A DNA stretch of 63,011 nucleotides, the filler included, from Reticulomyxa filosa (Eukaryota > Protista > Foraminifera): assembly GCA_000512085.1 (NCBI GenBank). It is 23 parts of 23 records of this genome, joined end to end, with 100 filler letters (N's around TTAATTAATTAA, not from the genome) between each part and the next. Parts side by side here need not be neighbours in the genome. Positions count along the whole stretch, not along the records: positions 38,544 to 41,817 come from ASPP01004016.1; positions 41,918 to 54,813 come from ASPP01005621.1; 21 more parts are not named here. The stretch is one strand, 5' to 3'. The position numbers were made by a program, and so were the translations under genes. A model generated the notes under the pieces. That model saw only the letters and a list, made by a program, of their open reading frames with translations, searched no databases and was not told where the DNA came from. Of this stretch, positions 38,922 to 51,426 are shown one piece after another; the first letter of the stretch is position 1; every line of letters begins with the position of its first letter.

Positions 38922-39719
38922 TTGTTTTATCTTGTTTATTATACTTTTATACGGAAAAACGAAACTCAAATATAGCACTTAACTGCAATGTCATAACGAA
39001 CAAATTTGCAATTACCTGTTTCTTCAGAGAATACTTTAAAAGCGTCTTCATTTATGAGCTTTTTTTTCTTTGCCAGGGTTATCAATTTTGTGCTTTGCAC
39101 AGTGCTGCTAAAAAATTATACTAACTGGCTGTACGCCAGTTTCACTAGCTTCAATTGTGGGATCTTTTCCTATTTTTTTTATTACGCTGTATGTCGGCTT
39201 AGCTGATTTCAATTTTGAGCACTTTTCTCATTTTTTTAACAAGTACAACTAAAAATGACACAATAACTTAAACAGTAAACAAAAGTTCTAAGTTCAATAT
39301 CAAACAACCATTTGGCATTTACAGTTGGTAATTTACACTAAAACTTGTTTGAACAAATTTTTTTTGGAACAAAGATCAGTTGATACACACTTATGGTATA
39401 AATACTGCAATTTATAAATTTTGGATAACAAAAAGACAATATGTTGTGTTGTTTTGCATACTGGTCTGTTTAATAATGAACGCGAAATTATTTGTGAAAA
39501 GCAATACTTCAAAGTAATTGTAACATTAAGAAGGATATATTGTTGGAATAAAACCTCATGAACAAGCAGAACAAAAAAGAAAAAGCCCCAACGCAAAGCA
39601 CAATACAATCTAAATACCTGATTATAAAATGACGAATCCAGAAGTGTGAATACAAATACAAAAAAAAAGGAAACTCCAGTTCTTGGATCCAAATCGATTA
39701 ATACCATGAGTATTGCCAA

Positions 39720-40570
39720 TCCTCAAGCGAAATGCACATCAAGAATATAGAAATCACATTGCACTAAACCGATTGATAACTCCAAAGAACTTGTGTGCAG
39801 TTTGATATTGCCAAAAGAATTCACATCAAATAGAATAAATGATATTCGATTTAAACTGCTTCTTCAACAACAAATATATCCTCTTTTTGAGTGATCAAGC
39901 ACACTATGCACGTTGCAATACAAACAACAGTTTTGTTGATTGTATTCGATTTGGATGCTATGATACATTAATCAATTCATAGCCAGGAAAAATTTGAGTG
40001 GTAAGCAGCATGGTAAAACAAGTCTTACATGTTGGATTATTTGCTTATATGTAAATTTGATATTTCTGGTGCTCGTTGCAAATATGGAGTTTGATTCACT
40101 GAAAGTATTGTTGGAGGTATTTTACACTCACTTTAGACTTTGAAGGACTAGTGTCATTTGAAAGATCTCCTCAAGAAGATGCCCTTTTGCATGTATTCAA
40201 TGCATCCATTTCCAATTGTACCATGTTCAGACGTGAAAATCCTTTCGATCAAGATATTGTCAGAATGTTTGAGAGATTCCAAAAAGGGTCCAGTTTTTAC
40301 ATAGTGAAAATGATAAATTATTCAGAGACCGTTTGCTTATTGTTGTCAAAGACATCCCTTCGGCAGACACCAAACAAATCATGTCTGAATTTAGTGCGAA
40401 AATTGAGTCATTTTGTCGTGACAATGCAAACAAAAATTGAGAGCCAGAGTCATTTGTAATGCAAATGTACAAAGACCAAACAAACATTCACGTCGAACCT
40501 TATCCATCGTTGATGCTGGATCATATTTCAAAAAATTGGCCGTCTTGCGAGCATTGATTAATGGTCACAA
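39720..40570 (+). pseudogene. VLIG/GB1-RHD3-type large GTPase relic
   Basis: G1-like SGKQHGKTS; G3 LDFEGLVSFERSPQEDALLHVFNASISN..MFERFQKG; frameshifted LLIVVKDI..EFSAKI. Confidence 0.65.
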
Positions 40571-41022
40571 AAATTGATTGTGCCTTTGCCTTTTGTGGTT
40601 AATTTATTTCGTTTTACTGAAATTTTGTTTTAAGAAAAAAGTTCCTTTCGTATTATACTTTGTCGCGCTCACTGTTCCCACAAAATTAACAATAATTTCT
40701 ACCGTTTATTAAAGCAAATTACTTGCATTTTGTGTTTTATGCGCAATTGTGCGTAAAATTACAAAAATTATGTGAAATGTCTGTTCAAGGAGAAAATTGT
40801 TCATAAAACTACATCTCAATTTTCAGTTTTTTGCATATTATATTTAAAAAAAATTACAGATTAAATCTCAATGTTTAATATAAGTGTAAAAAAAAATAAG
40901 CTTTTTTGGACGTAAAACTTAAAAGTCCAAGTAAAAAACGTATTGGAGGCCTAGCAGTTTGAGACCTGTTACTAGTTTAAAACAAGTCTTGTCTTTTAAA
41001 AAAGGAGGCAGTGAATTGAGCC

Positions 41023-41737
41023 ATGGAAAGTGAGACACTGAATCTCATGACAGAAGATGAAAAATGTAGAAGTAGAAGTGATGATGATAAAAGCTGTTCG
41101 TCAGAAAAGCAGCGACAGTTGTTGACTATAGATACAGTGATAGCCAATCCAGGCTTCTCAAACATCAACGTTTGGAAATGTCCAAGGCATCGGGGTGATA
41201 AAAAATGTTGTCGTCGTTACATTAACACGAAGTGTCTTGGATGGGACAGCAATTATTTGGCCTTCGTTTTCATCCCTGCAGAATCGGTTATTTCAAGCAA
41301 AGAATGGGTCAGCCCAACAAACAAACAAACAAAAAAAAAACAAAAAAAAAAAATCAAAGAAAATAATGTTTAAAAAAACCCAGAAATTTAAATTTATTTT
41401 GGTCTTCGAGTACCACAGTAAGTATTATGGTTACCCAATCCGTACGTCTCACGACACATTGAAGCATTTGGATGCAAAGATCAAAGCCGAAGTTTTTTTT
41501 TTAAAATTCAAAAAAGGAACAAAAAGGTAAATTAGAGATGGGGGGGGGGAAAAAAAAGGAAAGCAAAGGAAGAATATTCTTCCCATCGAAGGGATGTCCA
41601 GAATCTTGCAACAAGCACTGTGTAAGACCATCATTGCTAAAAAAAATGGAAATCGATACAATGACAATGTCTCGTAAATCATTGCCATGGTTTTGGACAA
41701 TGGCCGCTGGCTTCAAACAAGCCGAGCAACTTTGTGG
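41023..41737 (+). CDS. Cys-rich protein with possible divergent PX-like domain; spliced, 3'-truncated
   Basis: Three exons separated by A-rich introns; YGYPIRTSHDTLKHLDAKIKAE|ESKGRIFFPSK loosely fits the PX helix-plus-PxK pattern. Confidence 0.45.
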
Positions 41738-41739
41738 GT

Positions 41740-41770
<31 letters not shown>

Positions 41771-42169
41771 TTTTATGTAGTAAAATTGCATGATATAATC
41801 CGATTTTTTTTTCCCCCNNNNNNNNNNNNNNNNNNNNNNNNNNNNNNNNNNNNNNNNNNNNTTAATTAATTAANNNNNNNNNNNNNNNNNNNNNNNNNNN
41901 NNNNNNNNNNNNNNNNNGTTCTATTATTTTCTTTAAACCAATTCATTATTTTTTTAGTTTTATGACATGATGAATATTCTCTGACTTGCCAGATCCAGCT
42001 TTTCTTTTTACGGTTCCATTACACTTATATGACGACAGCCAAAATCAAAGCTATACTTATGTTAAATTTCTTTGCTACATATCGAATGCTAGCTCTACCA
42101 ACCAGCATACTAACATAAACTATTTTTTTTAAAGTAATCAAATGTTTCAATATTTTAAACATCAAAATT

Positions 42170-42357
42170 TTGAAATATCAATTAAAAATATCAACAATGA
42201 AGAAAATTATCAAAAAAAAAATTTAATATTTAAAAACTACAATATTATTATATATTTTTTTTAAAAAAATACATTTAAATCTTTATTTTTCATTGAGAAA
42301 ATCGATTCTATTCATATAGTGCCATTTAGGTATAGCAGTTTTTTGCAATATAATGTA
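42170..42357 (-). mobile_element. Tc1/mariner-type TIR element (copy D, diverged)
   Basis: Closely matches copy A: AATATTTAAAAACTACA..TTTAAATCTTTATTT..GAGAAAATCGATTCTATTCATAT..GCAGTTTTTTGCAAT..TGTA. Confidence 0.75.
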
Positions 42358-44253
42358 TTTGCTAGCAAGAAATTGAATTTCTGATTTTAGAACTTTAAAT
42401 GTTCTTTGTTAGTGTTAATTATCCTTCTGGTAATTAAATGATAAGTATCTAGAAAGAAATCACTTTACCGATTTCATGTGAATGTACAAATGAATTAGTA
42501 TTATGTTTCAATCATTGCGTTTGCTAAAGTCGCGATGGAACGAAGTAACAATATTGCTTTGCTGTCCATTAAGAACTCATTATCGTTTCAATTGTATAAT
42601 ACAATGACCAAAATTATTTTGAATCAAGACTTTGACTATTTGCTTCAAATTCTGTCAAATGAAATCCAATTTAATAGTGTCATGCAAATATCGGGCACAT
42701 TATTGACATAAAGCTGTATCTTGTCATACAATCTGGCATTGTGTAAATGTTCGGACAGATACTATACAATATCGATATCATATTATATAATATCAGAAAA
42801 TCTTATAATCAACTAATAACGAAGCTTCGTAGTATTATTTAGCAGGAAGAGTTCATTGCATTTGCACACTAGTTGTGAATATCCAGTATTAATTGTCAAT
42901 TTATTGATTGAATCAACGAATCGATTTTCATAAGATATACACAAAGTCTGCATATCGAACTAGCAATTCGTTCGTAAACTTGTCAGCATAACTAGTCAAG
43001 TCCTCAAATATTTGAATAACGACTGTCTCCGATTCTAGCTCTAATAATTACATAATATCTATTAAATGCACTAGCCAAAATACTTAACAATCGAACACTT
43101 GCTTCCACTAACAGTCGCAAATCCTCAAATTTTGATATATCGTTCTTTGCATAACAATACTAGTTCATTTTGACTGTTACTTTTACACAAATCACTCTGG
43201 ACACATTTAATTCACGATGTAGACACAATATTGCATTTACTGCATCAACACATGCAACGTCAACTACATAAATTATCAATTATCATAAGTTGTGCATATT
43301 ACTATATGTACTGATCAGCATACCTACGTATAAGTCAGTTTTCCAAAATGGCTTGTTATGATCAAGATTATTAGCTTACAAAAATACTTACTGTATTTAC
43401 TCGCTGATGTCGTTAATAAGTCTTAAAATTCTGCATTTGATTTCTATGTTGCTTACAGGTCCTATTTTGCTAATTTATGCGCTTGGATCAAGTGGTCGCA
43501 TTGTATCGTCGTTGGCACTGCTGTTGTTTGCATGCCTCTTTGAATAAATTGCAACACAGCAATGTTTGCTGTCAAGTCTTGAATTAATGCTCGGCCAGTA
43601 TCAACTTCAAATCACTATTGCATCGTACTATGTTGCCTGCCAATTATGAATCGTTCAATGAATGTACATAATATTCTCTACAAGTGATAATTGTCGACTT
43701 AAAGCTTCTTCACTAAATGTAAATTTGACAAAAACTTCACATAATGCACACTAGCTTGTCGAGATCCGCTATCATGGTGAACATATCTTCTACTTAGAAG
43801 ACCAGTTCAAAGAAATAGTCTTAACATGCTTGTGTCAAAACAGAACTAATTGTTTTTTTTTTATACGACTCGATATAAACAGTATATGCTAGGAAACCAA
43901 AGAAGCTAAAATAGAAAATAATTGTAATGCTGCAAGAAAAATGTTGATGCAATTTTGAGCCAATTATGGCCCTACTGATGATTTATACTACAAACGTTTG
44001 TCATTTTTCTTACCAACAATCTATCAATAAAAATAAAAAGACACATGATTTCGATATCCAATTTTACTCAGCTAAACTGGGCCGTTAGCAGCAAAAAAAG
44101 TCTTTGTTGATTTCAAATACACCCGTACATTTGATATGAATCACTATTATATTCACAACTTTGAGAAAAAAAAAAATCCTTTGTTAAAAAGACGAAATAG
44201 CTTGTTTAACAAAGTGAAAAAGAAGAATATCACATTAAAAAATCAATTTCTTT

Positions 44254-47200
44254 TCATGACCCAGAGTTGGGATTATTTCTTTGTTGCTTTTCGGCTTCGA
44301 GCAGGTCAGCCATGCGTTTTTCAGTGGCAGCTCTCTGCTCATTGTGTGAACTACTTTGGCTGGAAGAAGTGACTTCGTCATCATTATCTTCTTCTTCAAT
44401 GGATTTCAGCCGAGGTTCCCTCGATGGCACTTTTGGGTTCTGAGGCGATTTCCGCTGTTTAGTTTTGGTTTTTGTCTTGGAGTCTTCCGAACCACCTGTT
44501 TGTTTAGCTTCGTCAGCGTTTTCCGTGGAGTTTCGATCCACTGAGCCCCTGTTGGGAATGGTGGAGACATGAGAAGCTTGAGGCTCTTTGCATTGCTCTT
44601 TCCAATATTCCAAGTTTTTTTTTAACGTAACAAAGCACTCTTCGATGTCTGGACATAACGCATTAAAGCTTTCAAAGAAAGGAACAATGACAAATTGCAG
44701 AAAGCCCACTTGCACTTTGGCGATTTGAGCAGAGGGCGATTGTTTGTCCATCATGGGAGTCACTGGAATGCCCAATTTGCGTTCCTCGTCGCCCTGACAC
44801 ATGTACACACATATACAAAAGCACAATGTGAGCAGAGCCTAGTTTTGTTACAAATAGAAACAGTTTAACTTGATGATAAAATTCGTCCATAACGCGATAG
44901 GCCCATGTTTTGGCAATTTCCAATGGCTTTGCCGGATTGGAGACATCAGCCAAATGAACCACTGTTTCCAATAAAAAGAATCGCTCGTTGACAATTCCAT
45001 CCACGCGCAATGGCGCCTCTTGGCATATCACATCTTCTACCATTGCCTGGTGCGGATGCAACAGCAAAAAGCCATCGTTTTCGACACGCGACAAATCGGC
45101 CAGGGGCGGACAATCCACCAAACGACAAAGTGGCGTCAAGCAAGTCGATCGTATATTTCGAGGTTGTTGTTATGTGAATCATCGGTTGATGTTACGATTG
45201 ACCTTTATTTACAAAAACAAAAAAATATATATATGTACATAAATATATATATACATATATATATATATTTCTTTTGATACCTGAGAATTTTGACCAGTTC
45301 ATTGAAATTGGCCATATTTGTACCATGATGCTTCATGTCGGTTCCCAAAACAATTTGTTTGATTAAAATGCCCAAATACCTTCGAACCGACAGGGAATGC
45401 GATTGCATCCAATTACAGTTGGACTGCGATAAAATGCGAAAAGTCTCGCTAATGTGATAGTTTTCGAGAAGTGAGGCGTCGCCATACAGCAAAGCCAAGT
45501 TGGACGCCGTAGCCAAATGAAACGCGTTGTTGTAGCCGTCGTGTCCAAGGTCGTGCACCATGGCCGCCACATATGCTCCAAATTCGTCCCAGATTGTCAT
45601 GTGAGACTGTTTAGTCAATGCAATTTGTATTTGACATTGGCATATATGTTTGTGTGTTTGTGTGTTTATATATATATATATATATATATATATGTTTGAC
45701 CTTCATAAAGCGAGTTCGAAAGTAGTAATACGTAGAGACCAGCACATCACAGGCATGATATTTGTTGTGATAAGGATTGTCGAGATACCCCTTTTGGACC
45801 TGTTCGGAAAAGTTCCAGAATTTGTCGGCCTCGACTTCGCACAGCTCCAGCAGTCCAGTGGTTTTCATGATGTGAAAGGCGATGAGAGGCAGTCCAAGTC
45901 CTTGCGTGGCCGGGTCGTTCATAAATTCGAAGGCGTCGAAAGTCCATTGATTTAGTTTGGAGTGATATTTGGACATGGCCTCACTCATTTGAGCGTATGG
46001 AGTCAGTACCTTGTTCCAATTTTCGACTTCGGCTTAGTGATAATCCAAATTAATATATATGTATATATATGTATATTATTATGATAGCAAAGAAAAGAAA
46101 CAAAGCACACACACATGATTCAGTGGACTCGACAGGCTGCATGATGACCATGAGAGGCGTGGCACCCACCTTTTGCGAGGACGAAGTCGTGGAATAATTC
46201 AAGGTGACAGATCCACCACGTAACAAGACGGTGTGTGGACTGTTCCATTTGTGAATGGTGGCCAAACCAGTCATGTCTGTGTCCAGTTCTGTCGTAGTGG
46301 TAGTAGCAGTGGCAGTAGCGTTGGGTGATAAAGACATCTTTTTGGTATCTCCACCAATAGGTCGTTGCGACAACGGATTTGTAATACTGTGATTGCCTCC
46401 GACAACGGACACACCCTTTGACACGCTCAGTTCGCTGATCAAATCGCTGTCCGAATCGTTGTCGTCGTTTTCGTTGAAAGCAATGTGGACGGTGCCAATA
46501 CTTCGAAGTTCCGTCAACGCCGACGTCGTGCTCTTTTGACTTTCGATCGTTTCTCTTCGTTGGACGATCCGTCTGGAGACCCTGTCCTTTAATCGGTCGT
46601 CCAAATACGCATAGGATGCGCGATACAACGGCCTTCGTGCAAAGCTGCTGCGCGCGGGAGACGACAAAGGCGAGAACAGCGTCGACGGCAGCAGTTGGCC
46701 TGCGCTTTGTGTCGACGGTGAGTCAAACGAGGTATCCACCGTCGACACGGACACTTGACGAAACTTGGACGTGCGTCTCCTTTTTAATTACGGAATCCTA
46801 TATACATATATGTATATATATGTATATATATGTATATATATGTATATATATGTATATATATATATATATATGTATTTATCCTTGTCCATTTATGAAATTC
46901 AAAAAACATACGTAGACTTTCTGCGCTTCAAATGCATCATCTTCATCGCTATCACTAAAATAATTGTCCAATAAAAATAGGGCAAGTTCTTGTTCGGCCT
47001 ATGTTTTGTATGACATGATTGAATCATATTGGAAGATTCAACTTTTCAAAACAAAACAAAAAAAAAACAAAACTGGATCAACACTCCCGGCTTCGCTAAT
47101 CGATTTAAGATCATGAAATCCCAATGGCCTTCGCGTGGCTCGGTGGTGGTGGTATCTTCGACGACGATGGATCACTGTCGCCATGGAACCGCTGACATGC

Positions 47201-49102
47201 GAAAATTGACGGCTACTCCTGCCACTCACGGCGCGATAGGGCGCCCAGTCATGCGCGGGCGCAGACTTGACGGAAGGCGTTTGTGTGAGCTCACTCATGC
47301 TTCGAAATCTTTGATCGATATCCGTTTCTGGAGAATGCATGACTGTCAGCTCGTTCGATGCCGGAGACTTGTTCAAACGCTCTCGCGCTAGCGATTTCAT
47401 CAGCCAATTATACTCGTGGTTCCATATCTTGTCTAGCTCTTCCACCGGCTTTTGATTCTTCACTACGTCTTCCACTTTCGATTTTATCATCGCCAACACC
47501 TCCTCTTCGCTGGTCTCTGTCAACGTCAAAAAGCTCCACGCGTCGTTGGCACCCAATTTGTTGAGGTTCAATGCCTCCTTTTCTGTTTCATATTTGTGCA
47601 TATATTCGTATGTCGCTTGTTATGTATGTACATTTATTAACACTATGTACATGAGAGGGTGCATTTGTTTTTTTTATTATTATCATTTTGTTTTGTTTTG
47701 TTTTATTTGTGAATCTCTCAATGAACACAACAACTGGTTGGTGTATTTAAATCTTTGTGCGCTGCAATGTGAGTTTTTGGGACATTGGAATTAGCATTGC
47801 CATTGACATTTGAATCGGAATTGGCGTTTGGATTAGCACTGCCATTGTCATTGTCATTGTCATTGTCATTGTCATTGGAATTAGCTTTGTTCGAATTCAT
47901 ACCTTTTTTCTCCAAACTGTGTTTTGTCTCGGTGTAGTCGTTATCTATCGATGTGACTTCATTGCGATTGAAATCAAACCCGACTCTATGTTAATGTTCA
48001 TTGCATAATTTACTGGTCCTCATTATGTACATATACATATACATATATAAACTTTTTGGGTTCTTTGGTCGCAATTGGATTGGAACTGCTCTTTAAAATC
48101 ATTTGATCTTGCTCTTCTTCGTGTTCGAGCTCTTGCTTCAACTCATTATTTCGTCGAATGCGACCCAACAAATTGATGTTTTCCACAAATTCCTTTGCTT
48201 GTGCGTAGTTGATCTTGACTCCTCGTTGTTTCCCGTAGCGCAGCAAATAATTCGCAGAGGGTGCAATGCCGTACTCGTCCAAATATGCGTTGTACAATTC
48301 ATATAGTATTTCTTGAGCGTCTTCGTCTTTGAATTAAAAAAAACTTCTTTCAAACTCCAACGATCAACAAAAAAAAAAAAAAAAAAAAAAAAAACAAACT
48401 CCGAACCATCATTGATAGACATAGAGCCACTATTGAGCCCGTCGATCAAATCAATCATTTGTTTCGCGACGAGAAGCAGTTCTGTCAGTTCATTAGCCAC
48501 ATCTACTGGCATGTCTGTGCTCGGTTTGCCTCCGCTCAATGTCACATTCGTTTGCGGCTTTTGAGTCGGGGATTTCGCCTCTTTGTTTTTGTTTTATTTC
48601 AATCGCAAGGCAAACACACACGTTTGATATATACATATATACCTCAGACACGCAAAACAAGTAGATGCAATCGGTTGTGAAGAGATGCACAAACGTAACT
48701 CGTTTGTGGGCTGTTCAAAACATTGGGTGTAATGCTCGCCGTAAATTTCGGTGTTTTCGCCTTTGCTTTGGGTGAAAATGTCGACGATATTGAGTTCTGA
48801 ATTCTATCTGTGTGGTGCTGATCTGGACCATCTTCCGCAATCAATGTACCTGCCGTCACCGTGTTGTCGTTCGTGTGCGATTCTTCAATTATTAGTTTTG
48901 AGTTTTGTTTTTTTTTCATCCCATTCGATTGCCCATTGTCTGAATTCGTAGACGTGGTACTCGTTTGTCGAGGAGAAGATATTGGCGACAGTTCCAACGG
49001 TGAGGAAGACAAGTCAACACCATTTATTCTTTTATGGCATCGTTTCAACCGCTTATTCAGAGCTTGCAAAAGTCGTAACGATTCAGTATTAAGTTCGGTC
49101 AT
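44254..49102 (-). CDS. Class I 3',5'-cyclic nucleotide phosphodiesterase, multi-exon (catalytic domain ~44600-45990)
   Basis: PYHNKYHACDV, HDLGHDGYNNAF, LENYH, GTDMKHH, HLADVSNPAKP, EFYHQ|GDEERKLG..QVGFL. Linkage of the long N-terminal exons (46050-49102) is inferred from strand and intron-like gaps. Confidence 0.88.
46800..46875. repeat. Intronic (TATATATATG)n microsatellite
   Basis: Directly visible within a PDE intron. Confidence 0.9.
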
Positions 49103-49577
49103 TCGATAACTGCTCTTTTTCTTCTAACTCACCTCAACTCAAACTTCTATTGCTGTGTTTTCAGTGTAAAAAGTTCTTGCAGCAAACAATAGCCAAGCCA
49201 ATTTCCGAAATTTGCTTAAAAATATGTCTAAAAAGCATTATCAACAAGATGCTGCAAGCTCGATCAACAAATCATCTGGTTTCACTTTCAGATCATTTCT
49301 TTTTTGTTAGTAGATATGTTTTTAATAGAAACAAGTGATTTTCATGCATTCGAATGATTGTTTAAAAACGCAAAACAAAACAGTAATCTTCCAGGGAAGA
49401 ATCAAATGAAGGCAAGAGGAATTATATCAAAGTGAATTTTTTTAAAATTTGTTTAAATTTTGAAGCAATCAGACGTGGCGTACGGAACGCAAAAATCAAA
49501 ACAAAAATGCACCCAGTGGTAAAAAGAAACGAGCTTACTTTTTTTGGTGTATGAAATGTTCGATTTGTTTCATAGTG

Positions 49578-51051
49578 TTAATAAGTGATAATTCTCGATA
49601 ATCTCTGCACTCTATTCAATAACAAATCTCCTTTTTTGATAATATCGGAATAGTGTTGATTTCTTTGATCGACACGGTTCATTTGGACGACGCCATTGAC
49701 TTTGTCAATTTTGCACTGCAATCGTCCAAGAGAGATGAATGACGACAATTCACTGTTGAGTCAAAAAGCAAAAGCATGTTATTTCACTCAGAAAGATGGC
49801 ACAAGTAAAAAAAGCAATTGTTTGAAGCAAAGAGCGTAACTCGTCCAAAAAGTCTTGGCTCAACCCAAACTCATTTGCCATCGTCTCTAGTTTGACGGAC
49901 AAATAAGACTTCAGAAATTGTTGATAACTTCGCAGTCGAACTTCACGTAAATAATAGTTGGCATGAATATGCAAATGGAAGTCGGCCTTGATAACCTCCA
50001 TGACATGCAACAAATGTTTCAAAAAATCTTTGTATCGACACTCGTAGAAAGCATACAAAAACGCTTTCAATTCGGGCATTTCGTCAATGACTTGTCGAAT
50101 ATCACTGCTGTCAATCAGTTTCGATTGGATTTCGTTTCGTTTCAACGATACCACACTACTAACCACCGTGTAATACACCAGGCGTTTGTAATCAAAGATC
50201 TCAGTAGCCGTGAATGTTGCAATGGCTTCTAAAAATGACTTGGCCGCGTTTTCAAAGTCACGGCATCGAAAATAATGAACTCCATTGTAAACTGTGAAGC
50301 GGTTTCGTCGATCCCAGTCTCCGCCTTTATCAATTAATCTTTATATATATATATATATGTATATGTATACAAATATATATAAATATATGTTTATATATAT
50401 TGCTTACATTTCTGCAAATTCAAATTATCGCTTTTTTTTTTTAATAAAAAAAAACCAACTAACAAAACTTTTGCGTTTCTTCAGCGTGCTTTTTGTACAA
50501 GACATCGTTGTGCCATGCCAAACACAAACGCAGCATTGATAAATATTTATCGATGTTTTTTCCTGTGGTTAGTCCTTTTATTGACAGGTATGCTCCCACG
50601 GCTTCTTCCAAGGTATTCGTTCCTGACAGATATTTCGCTTTTTGCAATTCTAAATCGTGTACTTCTACCTCTCCTTCTTCTTTTTCTGCTTTTTCTTTCT
50701 TTTCTTGCATTTCTTTCAAGTACTCTTCTTTTTTTCGCGCCATTTCGCCAATTAGTGCTTCATCCAGTTTCCGGTCATTTTCGGACCACGCTGCCTTATA
50801 CCACTCCACCATATCTTTTTATTTATTTATTTTTTTGTTAATTTTTATTTTTTTTATTACTTGTATTTTATTTCTGGCTTTGATTTTTTTCGTGTTTGTG
50901 AAAATGTCAAACTATGCTGTTTGATAATTTGCGACAATTGCTCTGCTGTCTGGTCAGCATTTCGATCACGAGAACGGGCTTGTTGCTGAAGTTTAAAACG
51001 AAGCTCAGCTGCAGTCAAAACAAAGTCTTGAGGTTCTGTTTCTTCGGACAT
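49578..51051 (-). CDS. RPN7: 26S proteasome regulatory subunit RPN7/PSMD6, 4 exons
   Basis: [32 protein letters not shown]; [18 protein letters not shown]; [29 protein letters not shown]. Confidence 0.95.
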
Positions 51052-51426
51052 GTTGAAAGAACTATGCTTTTTCGACTGTCTCCCTTCTAAAACTTTTTAT
51101 TGCTCAAGCATTTCTCGCAAACTTGATTTCAACTTGCAACTTTTGTAACTGCTTGCCTCAGTGAGACTATTTTCGACTAATGCATCAAGGAACAGTTCAT
51201 GCAATGGATTTGACCGGATCTTTTATGTAAGATTTGAAAAAGCATTTCACGCCAAAATATTTTATCAAATTAAATGAAAATCAGCACAGCACAACAATCT
51301 CTTTCAAAAAATTAAGCAAATTTTACTTCTAGACTTAACAACTACATTTTGAATAGTAACTTGGAGAACGTCGAGAAAAGGAGTTTTAAATTGTAATCCT
51401 CTTTTAAATACTCGAACACCAAAAAC

